A stretch of DNA of 53,761 bases, filler included, from Sluysia triapertura (taxonomy: Eukaryota): the NCBI GenBank assembly GCA_046118255.1. It is 4 parts of 4 records of this genome, joined end to end, with 100 filler letters (N's around TTAATTAATTAA, not from the genome) between each part and the next. Parts side by side here need not be neighbours in the genome. Positions count along the whole stretch, not along the records: positions 15,503 to 29,457 come from JBJNIA010013090.1; positions 29,558 to 41,845 come from JBJNIA010123081.1; 2 more parts are not named here. One strand, written 5' to 3'. The notes beneath the pieces are model-generated. The model was not told the DNA's origin, searched no databases, and worked only from the letters and a program-made list of their open reading frames with translations. The first letter of the stretch is position 1. Each line of letters opens with the position of its first letter. The translations under genes were made by a program, and so were the position numbers. This document shows positions 22,945 to 35,174 of this stretch, piece by piece.

Positions 22945-25900
22945 TATAATATCTTTTGATTCTGGGGACAATAGACATGAAATTTTTCGATAAAAGGGTT
23001 TTAATTTTTTACAGTGATATGCTAGGTTTTTTATTTGTTAAATCATACAATCAAATAGTGGAAACTTTGATATGATCCACATAGACATAATTGCAAACAA
23101 AATACTGCTAACTTTTTTTAAAGTTTTAACTTTTTTAAAGTCTAAATATTGAAAATAGTGTGTTAATGCATACAATTATATTATTAAAAGTCATTTTTAA
23201 TAAACCAAACTAATATTTAAAATTGATTATATTTGACGTTGATATCGAACTTTAATAGATTTATTAAAATTCCTTGAAAAAAATGACAATAAATTTAAAA
23301 AATAAAATTATGCCGTAATTATTGAAGTTAATGAATAAACTAAGAATATCGCTTCCTAAGAAGTTTAGACTTGAGTTGATACAAACATGTTTAATAAAAA
23401 TTGAGCTTTTATTGATTGAGATAAATAACATATTATATTTAAACAAGTATTATGAAACCCTTTATTAGCACACTCGAATTAACACGAGTGGGCTTAACCA
23501 TTTTCAAAAAAGTGCATATTAAGGGATTATTTCAAAATTGAAACTTTGAAGTTCAACAATCTCAACCAGATTTTCTAATTAAGTTGTAATATTTTTTAAA
23601 TTTAATTCAGTATTTTAATTAGAAATTTTTAATTTTTTAAAATAAAATAATTTAAAAAAATAGATTTGCATTTGTGCTGACATTTTCACCGAAACTGTAT
23701 TTAATCTAAAAAGGCCATTATAACTGAATCTGTCTTTGAACTAAAAGTGTTATTTAGATTATCAATACGATTATCTAAGAAAATTGAGTTATCTTTTATG
23801 ACACAAGCTAAAAGTTGATATACGAAATGATCTCTATTTTAACCTTTATTATAACGAGCGTCAGCTTACTCTAAAAGAAGCTATTATAAAATATAATAAA
23901 ATATAACAATAAAAATTTATATAAATACAAATTTTGCTTTCACTGCAATTTTTCGGTGCTACCTTCGACAACATTTCGGGAGGATTGGTCATTCTAAATT
24001 CGTCATCACTTCTGATCATGACACTACGCTGCATTAGGAGGTCATGTAAATTATCGATGTTATTCCATGTCTTCATTTTTTAGCAACCAATTTGACATAT
24101 ATTATTTACTTTCAAACTTAATATCAATGGGTTAATCAATATTATTAGTTATCATTAGTTATCAATATTAATATCCACTGCAATATAATTAAGTTTTCAC
24201 GCAAACTTAATTTTGCTGGACTAGTCTGGTTTTGATATTTTGATTTATGCTTTAAAAATGTTTATTCACTTTCGTGAATATTTTTTTAACATCACGATGA
24301 TTGGAATTGATCGTACAGATGTTAAGAAATACCGTACATAATTAAAATTATTAATAAATATTAAATTAAAAGTATTATAAGAATTTTACAAAATTTCTGT
24401 ACAAATCAAAAATACACACTGACCCAATAATTGCAACACAATTTTGACTGACCATACCATGTTGTCAAAGTTGTTATTCTCAAAGAGTTTAGGATGATTT
24501 GTGTGAGAATGTTTGGTTGTGAGATTGTGAATTGATTGGATGATAAGAGTATAAAATAAAGATTTCAAAATTTTTACAACACAACAACTAGATAACAGCC
24601 ATGACGATGATGATGATAGATATGAAAATCCATGCTTAGGTAAGATATTTAATTGTATTAATTTATTTATTATTAAAATAATAGTTTTGTTTTAAAAATA
24701 TTAAATTACTTAAAATTAAAGTTAATTTTTTAAGGAGTTTTGCTATTGTTTAGGGAAAGACTCCCTTCGTGATTTTATTTTAAAATATTAAATTTATTTT
24801 TGCTTTTAAGGAATTTTATTATCACTTAGTAAGAAACTCCCTTTACAGTTTGTTCTTTTAAGATATAATAGTTATCCAACATTAATATTTTAAAAACTTC
24901 CTGGGTATTGATATTCTTAGTCTGTTGCGTCACTCCTGGTTGTTTTATTTTGAAGAGATTGTAATATCCTTGTTATTATTGTAAACGCTTTTTTATTTTT
25001 GTCATTTTAATTTTATTTAGTGAAGACTCATATTACTAATAATAATAATTCTTTTTTGATTTTTATTTAATAGTACATTATTGTCTTAGTTTTCATTTGA
25101 TTTTCAAGAAGTTAAATTTGGGGGTAATCGTCATTAATATTAAGAAAGAAGATTACGGCAAAATTATACTGATATAAAGACTATTGAAATTACTAAGATT
25201 CTTTTAAGCTGATCAAAATAATAATAATATTGAGTTGTAATAACTAATAAATTGTAAAGATATAACATAAGAATAATTCCTAATAGTGAGTTTGAGAATG
25301 ATTGGACGATACAGAGATATAAAAGCGAATACTTAAAAATTAAAAACCACGATCGATCATAGAGTATAGTGATGATGAAAAGGAACATCCATGATTTATG
25401 ATGTTTTTTATTATTTTAATTAATAATATTTTATTAATTAAATAACGTTTGGAGAAATATTCAGGTAATTTTTACCAAAACTATTTTTTAAGTTATCGCC
25501 AATTAAACCTGAATATTTTGGAGGCTCTCTGATGAATTTTTAAAAAATATTTTCAGTTATAAATTTAATTTCAATTTTTGTTTTTATTAAGTAATTGAAT
25601 AATTTTATTTTTAGGAGACTCCCTGTCCGGATTATTTTGTAATTTTTCTGTTAAGGCTGTTCGAAAATATATAATTATTATTATTTTAAACTTTTTAGAT
25701 ATACATATTTTTAAGTGTTGTTGCGTCACATATTACTGTGTGCTTAATTTCACTAATAAAGAGAACTATTGTTGATTTTGAATTAATCATTTATAGTTAA
25801 TTTACTCATATATTTATATTTGATGTTTGTAGTTAATATAGTAATGAGTTGTTTTCAATTTTAAAATAATAAATAATTTTAAAATAAATAATCATTATTA

Positions 25901-27019
25901 AGATAAGAAAATTGGTGATAAGTAGTACTTGTTGATTAAATTTACAAAGATTTTAATTTATAATTAGAATTTGCATTTATTCTGTGAACATTGAAAGGTT
26001 ACTGCAGTTAGAGAATAATCAATAGTTAGTAACCATAATACGATTACTGAAAATGCAATGAAAATTTTTAGTTAATTTAGTTATCAAGTTATTGTTAATT
26101 TTAAATAAAGGTGCACTATAATTGTCGCATTTATTATAATTGGAATCTAAAAATAATTATAAATATTTAAATATGTTGATAACTGTCAGAATTTTACTTG
26201 AAAAAAGTACTATAAAAGGAAAAGATTTCAGCATAAAACTCACAAGTAAAATTGATTTTACAATTTAACTTTCAAAAAAACGCAGGTGCAGTTCTTTATA
26301 GGTAGTCAATAACTTTACTACTCTTTACTAGTCGCAGCTAAGAAAATCCGTAAGATTATTGTTTATAAGTTTATAAATGTTTTTGAAGGAAGGGAATAAA
26401 ATCAATCGTGAAGATTAATTTAAAGGTAATCTCAAACTATATTTAAAGTTCATATTTCATAATCGACAAGTTGTATATCTACGTTTACTGTATAATTTAA
26501 TTTTGTTATTTGAAATATAATCCTAACTAGCTGTCTTTTAGTAATAAATGTATCGTTCTTGTTAAGCAAACTAACTCTTAGACGTAGCATTTTGTAAATG
26601 TAAGACTAAATTCAAATTAAGTTAAATAAAGAAAAAATATTTTTTGATTTTTCATACCCAATTTTCTTATTGAAAATTTTAAAGGTCCTTATCCTCCAGC
26701 AAACCTCTCTACAAATATTTCAAACTCACCTCTAGATTCTTTTCATTTATAACAATCATCACATATAAAATTCATTAACTTTTCATCATTCGAAGTATTA
26801 AAATTTCAATATTCTATAATTAAGAATTAATTAAATTAATTATTCATATCTTCATCGAAAGGCCTTTTTAAAACAAATACATACAGTTTCAAAGTTAACA
26901 TAGAATTCCTCATTAAACGTTATTCAGAGATACGCACTTTTATTAACTTATCTATTTTTAGACTATCTTATTTTTTTATTTAAAGATTTTATTAAAGTTC
27001 TAATATTGTTTAATATTTC

Positions 27020-27245
27020 ACAAGGCACTCAGGGGCTATAGATACTTTCACCTTCACCACTAATTTCTTTTTCTACTTCTTATGCTAATTACCACCGCAT
27101 CAAATTTATATCTAATATTAGCAAAAATGATTTCAATTATTTTATAAGGTCTCAAATGAATTCAAGGTTCACAAGTTCAAAGGTACCACAATGCTTCTAA
27201 AGGTTTTCCAAACACATCCCAAGCTTCTGCAAGGTCTGAACACCC
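27020..27245 (-). repeat. Dispersed repeat family B, copy 2
   Basis: Homologous to 3845-4120 (see there). Confidence 0.5.
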
Positions 27246-27516
27246 TAACTTTACACAAAATCGACAATCCAGTTGCTAATTTTACTGCAACTTATTATGT
27301 AGGAGTAAATAAAATACTTTAATCAATCATTTCACATCTTCAACTACGTTTGGTAAATGCATACCACAAATTATAAAATGCATTTAAAACATAAGTGAAA
27401 TAAAACTTTCAATTTGTAACATTTATATTTTAATTTTCTTTTAAAACATTTTAAATGTGAATATAATTTATAAAATACGTAAAAAATCTTGCAACATTAA
27501 ATCAAATATATAATGA

Positions 27517-27930
27517 TCAAAACTTTTGAATTGTACTCACATATTCATTCAACTTCTGCGAAAACAGTTTGCTATCAATATTTTCTTGAGGTTGACAAAA
27601 AGGGTTCTTTATCACATATTCAATAAAAATATTATTGTAAATGTATTTAAATTCTTCCAAGAGAGAACCAACATTAGTAGCAGTTATGAAAACAAATTTT
27701 ATACCAGTTGCAAATTCAATATAATGTAATTTGTATTTATTAGTGGAAAAATTGAAATATTCATTGTAAGAATTCGTAGGGTTAATCTTATTATTAAAAC
27801 TTCGTAAAGCTGAGAGAAAACCGCCAATGATATTCTGATCTTTTCCTGAGGAACTTAATTTCAGCCATTCATTGTAATAAATAATTTTATTCAAGCGGTT
27901 AAAAATATACATTTCATGAATTGATGCCAT
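27517..27930 (-). CDS. TRAPPC1: Trafficking protein particle complex subunit 1 (Bet5, sybindin/longin fold), intronless
   Basis: 137 aa. IHEMYIFNR...YYNEW, LRSFNNKI, FSTNKYKLHYIEFATGIKFV, IFIEYVIKNP and SKLFSQKLNEYV align with remembered TRAPPC1 motifs (FQTSRYKLHYYETPTGIKVV, YVELVVKNP). Confidence 0.9.
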   Translation of the reverse strand: MASIHEMYIFNRLNKIIYYNEWLKLSSSGKDQNIIGGFLSALRSFNNKINPTNSYNEYFNFSTNKYKLHYIEFATGIKFVFITATNVGSLLEEFKYIYNNIFIEYVIKNPFCQPQENIDSKLFSQKLNEYVSTIQKF

Positions 27931-28401
27931 TGTTTAAAACAATTATAAATATAAACTATATAACTTAAATACAGTAAAGTATACTTTATAGTAAAATAAC
28001 CTTTTTGAAACTACAAACTAATTTTGAATTTAAATTCATTATTTTTCTGATCACTTTTATTCGGAATTTAAGAAATAATTCAATTAATAAATGTTTTATA
28101 TTTTTTGATTAAGATTAATAAATATTAAAACAAAACTTTCTAAATTATTTGAGTTCCTTCTGTATATATTAAATTTATCATTTTTATTGTTTTGTACTAA
28201 GATAATAATTATATATTTTTTAGCCAACTAATTGTTATAACTTTAATTAGTAAACATAATTAATTTATTATTTTAACTCAATTGGTTATTAAGTTTTTGC
28301 AATTCATTAACTATGCTGAAATTATCCTAATACTTTATGCATGTGTTTGGTATTAAGGAATTTAAAATAAATAAATAAGAATAAAATAACTTTAATATAT
28401 T

Positions 28402-28497
28402 GCTGTGATTTTCTTAAATCTAAACCTACGGCAAAATAAAAAAATTGAGCAGGGTCTAGTTGCAATGTATACAACGACTTACAACGTATAGTGGGCG
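28402..28497 (+). repeat. Dispersed repeat family A, copy 3
   Basis: GCTGTGATTTTCTTAAATCTAAACCTACGGCAAAATAAA...AACGACTTACAAC. Confidence 0.6.
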
Positions 28498-29457
28498 TTC
28501 CTGTAACTTCAAGTTAATAATCCTAATATGTTTATTTAAACACACTTCTAATACGTCTACAAAACCCTAACTAAATATATAATCATAACTGCTTAAAAAA
28601 TTAGAACTTTATAACCTAACTAAATCCAATTAACCGCTTAAAACTTCGATTTTATTAAAATAATACTAAATATTTTATGTACACCAACTAAAAATGTAGT
28701 TAGATGATTAGGAACACAAATCAAATAATTGATTTAATATTAAAAGTTTCCCCTCAGTTGATCGGGTTTTTGAAATAAAATAATATAATCGAGATTTTAC
28801 CTGGATTTTAATATTTTGATTATTAGCAATATAAAAGTTTACTCATTATATTGGAACGAAATGGATGCCGAATGAATAACCACATTGTGAATTGAACTAA
28901 ACTAAAATGAATAAAATCAGCAACTTCAATATGGCGTTGGCAAAGCAGAGAGCAAATCGTGTTTAAAATAGTATTTTAAAATTGTGATTCTTTATGACTA
29001 GCTGTGGCTATTTATACAAACTCACAACCAATCATAGGCGAGTAGAATTCTAGAATGCACTAGAACATTCTAGAAACTACTTTTATATTTTAGGAAGGAA
29101 TTTTATTTTTTAGAAAAAAGTTCTCTTTGCAAAACTCTTTGCAAAAAGATTTCTTATCCACCTAATATCTGACTTATATCTGACCTAAGGCGGCCTATTA
29201 GGATTTTAACGTACTTAAAATAATACTATATAAACTTATCAATTGAAACGTTACACTACGCTCAGTTAAGTTAGACCCAAGTAAAAACTTATATAAGTTA
29301 AATTAAACTGAACTAGCCAGATTATGGTCTAGTTTTATAAAATCAATTAAGCTAGCGTATTATTGTCTAGCTTAAGAATTTGTTGCGTCTTTAAAATCTA
29401 TGAGTTATTATAACTCAATATTATTATCTTGATCAGCTTAAAGCTTAATAATTTCAA

Positions 29458-29557
29458 NNNNNNNNNNNNNNNNNNNNNNNNNNNNNNNNNNNNNNNNNNN
29501 NTTAATTAATTAANNNNNNNNNNNNNNNNNNNNNNNNNNNNNNNNNNNNNNNNNNNN
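29458..29557. other. Artificial contig linker
   Basis: N44-TTAATTAATTAA-N44. Confidence 0.97.
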
Positions 29558-29705
29558 TTCTATTAAATGTAAATTAAACTTTATTTGAAAATAATAAAAG
29601 AAATATGTATATAATACTTTATTTTATTTTGTGGCTCCTCACTATTATTTAGAATTTTTTTTTTGCTGTAGTGGCTCTTGAGTTAAAAAAGGTTGCCGAC
29701 CCCTG
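29558..29705. mobile_element. Terminus of a hAT (Buster/Charlie-like) element at the contig start
   Basis: GTGGCTC subterminal motifs (x2) and AAAAAAGGTTGCCGACCCCTG, the reverse complement of CAGGGGTCGGCAACCTTTT, a classic hAT TIR. Confidence 0.75.
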
Positions 29706-31112
29706 GCATAACCAGTAACTTACATAGTTTTAAAATAATAAACTTGCCAGCGCATCAAAGCTTTGTCCGAATTTCATTCGGATTCGTAAAATAAAGAGTT
29801 AATATAAATCCTTTTCATGGGATTTCCGTAAAATAAGTATTAATTATAACCTTTAATAAATTGTATAAAATTGTAGATACAGTCATATAACCTCCATATT
29901 AGATTTTACAATTTTTTAACCAATTTTAATTAACTTGAAAATCCAACGGCTAACCCTAGCCGGTAAGCCTAATACATTGGTGAACTCACCAGAATTTTGC
30001 TTTATTCTGGGATTAAGTAAAGAAAACCCCGGCATTAGACAAATTTTATTTAAATTTTATTAATATTTTACAATATCATTATATAACTCTCACTAACACA
30101 ACTTCAAAATCCAAGTTCTTAATACAAAATTTAAACCTGTTCATAACCATTTTCTATTTTATTCTTATTATAAAGTGTATTGTTATTGTATATTGGAACA
30201 ATTAGGCTTAGAATCAATTACAATACTTAGAATCATTAATATGACGCATGAATTTAGAGCTTGTAAGAGTTTTTAAGTTTTGGATGATTAATAGCTTAAT
30301 TGGTTAAACAGGATGTTTTAAATACTTTTAAAAATTTTTATTTTGAAATTCGATTTTGTGAATTTTATCACTTTATTGTTTAAATAAACTCAATTTTATA
30401 TTTAATAAATCAATAATAAACATTTGAATTATATTTTTTAATTATTTATAAAAATTTTATCATTGATTTTTACAGTGCCACTTAAGAAAATTTATGGTAA
30501 ACATATTTTTACGCAGAAATTATAAAAAAGAATATTTGTTGAATAAACTACAATAGAAAAGTATAAGTCATCATTATAGGTTATAATATTTATTCAATCT
30601 TAAAATTACTGTAACCAAAACTAAGTATAGGAAAATTTCAAATATTCAAATACCCCACACTGAAACATGGAAGGAAATTTAGAAGTTTAAAAAATAAGTG
30701 GCAAATAAAACCATTAATTATTTTAAGTATAGAAAGTAGTTCTCACAAGAATAAGGCATGAAAACTTTACAAAGAATTGACTAGAATTGAAAAACATGTA
30801 CCCCAAATATTATTCATTAAAATAATCATTAATCATTTATATGAATCAAACTAGACATTAAATTATCTTATTAGATAATGATTATCCCACTGACACAAAA
30901 TCATGAGGTATCAATATCCTCAAGTATTACTCTAAAGACCGCATTAAACAGACTTTGCTATTCGGATAAAGCAAAACAGTTATAAAATAATAAATAAAGC
31001 AAATAAAATAATAAGAGGTATGGAAAGTAAAGTTAAACGTATAATAAGAAACTACAACATTATTTTAACTTTAATACATTAAATTAAGCTAACATAATTT
31101 TCAAATATCACC

Positions 31113-31951
31113 TCACCAAAAGAAAGGTGCTTTTTCACGAATTGCTCTGGAACCATATTTTTTCCAATCTCGAGCAGAAATAAGGACATCATCTGCACTA
31201 CTAGCTAATGGAATCATGGCAGCACCTCTCCAGGCAGCAGTAAATGGACGATTTGAAAACGCAATCCCGGGTTGCAAACTTCGATTCTTCTTGGAATCAT
31301 TTCCAGCACTATTCTGGTTAGAATGACTCATTTTCGTGTAATCCTCATCCCCTGCGTAGAATGACAGATTAGCATCATCTGTGTCTTCATCATCACAAAT
31401 GATATTCACTTCACCACATCGAGATAAACCATCCTGATGAAATTATAAATTCAGAATTTAAATTTCAAATATTAACATTTGTAGTTATTTATAACTATTT
31501 TTTAAAACATACGTAGAACATAACATAATACTCAAAATACTTATAAAAATGTTGTAAATAAAATTGCATATAAATGTTTGATAATATGAGAATATTGTGT
31601 GGTTCTTTGATTATGATTGAATAGGTGAAAAAGATAAATAAAATATTTGAGAAAATGAAATAAGAACTTAAAGAACATTAAATATCTTTTTAAATTGAGA
31701 TTGTATAGAAACAACAAGAAATCAAAATTAATAAACTTTAAACTTCAATATTATGATTGATAAAATAAATAAAATCATCTTAAATTAAGATTATGTAGAA
31801 GTAGTATGAAATCTAAATTTACAAACGTGAAGATTTTAATTATTATGCGAAGTAGAACAAGGTTAAATTATAGCAAAATTTAACTATAATTCAATGTGAA
31901 TATGTATGTCTGTAAAATTTTAGTAGTACTAATGATCATAATAATAATTTA

Positions 31952-32014
<63 letters not shown>

Positions 32015-32090
32015 GTTGAAATTTTAATAGATAATAAAATTAGAATTCTGTAACATTAACTTTAAAATAGTAATAGTAATAGTAATAGTA

Positions 32091-32132
<42 letters not shown>

Positions 32133-33612
32133 TTTTGATATGATAAGCCGAAAATGAATAATTACTATAAATAATGTATAAAATTTTTGTGAGAGATATT
32201 ACTTATTTATGTTATTTGAAGAAAATTTATTATTTGTTTAATTTATTTCTTTGTTTGTGTTTGTAATAAACTCAGAAAAGGGAATTGAAAATCAAGTCTG
32301 GTGAAATAAATAAATAAACTCTAAAAGAATAATAAATACTGAATAAGCATAATCGGAAAGATTAAAGCTTGAACAAATAAAGTCTGAAGGAATAAGTTAA
32401 TAATCTTAATTAATAAATTAAACACTTTCATCTCGAAAAGGAGAGACGAGTACAGGACTCACGTTACATACAAATATTTGTTAAAACTAAATTTATTAAC
32501 CTATAAATTGTAGTAAAGTGAAAATCTTCAAGAGATAGTTCGATTCTGATATTACGAGAATAAACTTAAAGAGTTAAGATATAATACCTACAAACCCGTA
32601 AGCCTTAGAGATAAGAGAAACTAAAGAGAGCGTTTACATTAAACGATAAGAAATTGTTACTGTTCGGCGTATTTTGTAGTATCTAAACCAAAAAGTCAAC
32701 AAAACATTTTAACTTTAATATTAAATTACAAACTTTACATATCATCGATATTGGATACAAAATCCACTAAGATGTTGAAAACCGGAAATTATAGTATTAT
32801 ATTATGTATGTCCTTTCTCTATTGAACAATATAATATAAAACTTTAAATTTAACGATTCACTATAATTCTAATTTGTATTCTAATTTGAAAGAATTTAAT
32901 AGTATTTTATAAAACATTGAAATGATGTACTAAAAATCATTTTGAATTAATTATAAAATGTTTACGAGCAGCTAACAACTTCAATAAAACAAAATGAGAA
33001 AATGTTAAACAAATTTAAATAAACGACAAATTAAAAATTAAACAACTTCAAATATAATGAATTCGATATCCCTTAAATTTACTCGTTTTTATTTTTTATT
33101 CTTCTATTTTATTAAATATTATAAATATTTATCTGACATTACTAAACAAATATAGAAGACGTATACCAAATTAATCTTTAAAATTTTAAAAAATAATAGT
33201 TATGATTTATAAACCAGTAAATTAATAATAATTTTTAAAATTTCGAAACATTTCGATTCTCTTGTACACTGCTGCAATATGTGTAACGTTTTTTTTATAA
33301 ATTGTCAAAGTCTTCATGATAAAACTACTTAACTTGTAAACATAATTTTAACCAATCAGAAAATCCTTGAAAATACGGTGGTGCACCAATAGAATTACAC
33401 GACAAATGAGCAAGGCCGGAACCAACTCCAGAAACAATAATTGTGCTAAATTGACGTGCAAGATCTACCAGGTCTTCCGCCGTGATAGATGAACTCAGTA
33501 AGGATCTATGAATAGATTTGACAATAGCATCATTGAGAGACAATGGCCTACAAGTATCTAAATTAAGCATTTTCGTGCCAGGTGATTCTTGAATTAGATG
33601 AGCAATTTGTGC
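31113..33612 (-). CDS. ACTR8: Actin-related protein 8 (INO80 subunit), last two exons 33612-33334 and 31433-31113
   Basis: LSLNDAIVKSI...FSTIIVSG, and the C-terminus AAWRGAAMI...ISARDWKKYGSRAIREKAPFFW matches ARP8 (WKGGAVL...REWQRFGVRMLRERAAFVW). The exons join in phase 0 via GT-AG. Upstream exons were not identified. Confidence 0.88.
31956..32131. repeat. (AAT)n and (AGTAAT)n/(AAT)n microsatellites in the ARP8 intron
   Basis: Pure AAT run at ~31956-32012, then an AGTAAT run grading into AAT at ~32066-32131. Confidence 0.95.
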
Positions 33613-34129
33613 CTAAAATAATAATAATAATATAATACAACATTTTTATTTTCAAATAAAAGCTTAGCAAACGAAAGGAAAAATATAACATTTACAATAA
33701 TTTCATAGGAAAAGTTTTAAAATCAATAATTAAGAAAGAAATCAATTGTAATAATAATTAATAATCAATAACTTTAATAAAATAAAATAAATGTGAATTT
33801 CGCCAAGAACTCCAAAAAATATTAAGAAAAGCTCAGAAAGAGAAAGAGAAATAAGTATTTGAAATCCACTTAAACATAGAAGAGAGTAAAAATAAAGAAT
33901 AGAATATATCACACTTAATTAGCCATAAGAAAAAGTTATGGATTGAGCAGAAATACCACAGAAATATAAATTATGTTATGTTGGTAATGACAGAAATGAA
34001 ACACAAGCATTAGTATAAATAAATTAGTGAAAATTGATTATGTGACCAAAGTTGTAATATAAAATGAAATTAACCATTTTATAGAATAAATATAATTGCA
34101 AAAAAATGTTGAAAATAAGATTACTTGTA

Positions 34130-34539
34130 CCGTAAAATCCCCTGTATAAACCGCGGATAAGAAACAAGTTATTTTTTTAAATCGGTACTGCGGCTTATAC
34201 ACAAAATTTTAAACACGAAAAAAACAACTTGTGAAAAGTGAAGTTTAACATAGTTTTTACGCAATGATTTAATAGGGTGACCTTTATAAAGTTAAAAAGA
34301 ATCATTAAACTGATATATAAATGAAGCTACAAAAATTCAAATATTTATGTTTCCATGGATAAGGCTAGGCTTATATACAGAAAAAGATCGTTTTAACACG
34401 TTGAATTCCCATCTGGCGAAAATGAATTTCTCAGTATGTGTTTCTAACAATCTTGGCTTCGCCGATCACCGGTGACCCCCATGGCATTCAACGTGTTAAT
34501 GAAATTTATAAAGTGCAGCTTATACGCGAGATTTTATGG
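34130..34539. mobile_element. Tc2/pogo-type MITE
   Basis: TA + CCGTAAAATCCCCTGTATAAACCGC ... GCAGCTTATACGCGAGATTTTATGG form imperfect TIRs, with internal GCTTATA repeats. Confidence 0.7.
34397..34495. mobile_element. 99-bp piggyBac-type MITE nested in the Tc2-type MITE
   Basis: TTAA-CACGTTGAAT ... ATTCAACGTG-TTAA: a perfect 10-bp TIR with duplicated TTAA. Confidence 0.85.
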
Positions 34540-34949
34540 TTAATTGAAGAAAAAATGATTATGAAAAAGTTTTTTTAACCGTAACAAACACAAATAAATA
34601 ACTAATCTAATAAATGCTACAAGAAATAAGAAACATTTAAAAGCACGAAAATATTGAAAATTATGTACAAGAGATTGACTGATTTTGTTAAATTCTATAT
34701 GATTGAATAGATTAAATTTTAAACAATTAACTTGATTACATATTATATTAATTTAATAATTTGGTAAACCAATTTTAAAATTTGATAGATTATATTAGTT
34801 TATTTTATTAAAATTTTATTTTATTTAATTTTAACTTTTAATTTTATATTTTTGCTATTAGTTTATTCTCACATTAAATTATTCTTACAAAAGCATTCTC
34901 ATACTATTCTCACACAATATTTACCTAGTGGAAATTACTTAGTTTTTCA

Positions 34950-35174
34950 AATTAAACGTGTTACCTTTACTAAATATTAACAAGTCTTTCTTTAGAATAA
35001 TTCGTAACTCTATTCGAATTCTATTCAATAACTTTTCTCAATTCCTTATTTAAAATCTTAATTTTTTTAAATTAGACGTGTTACCTTTAGACATATTTTT
35101 TTAGAATAATTCGTAACTCTATTCAATAACTTTTAATTATTCGAATTTTCTCGATTCCTTATTTAAAATCTTAA
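34950..35174 (+). repeat. Imperfect tandem duplication (~110 bp x2)
   Basis: ACGTGTTACCTTTA...TTTAGAATAATTCGTAACTCTATTC...TTCCTTATTTAAAATCTTAA occurs at ~34950-35060 and ~35070-35174. Confidence 0.85.

Noticed and set aside
27526-27729. Plus-strand 67-aa ORF
   Set aside because: Antisense shadow of TRAPPC1.
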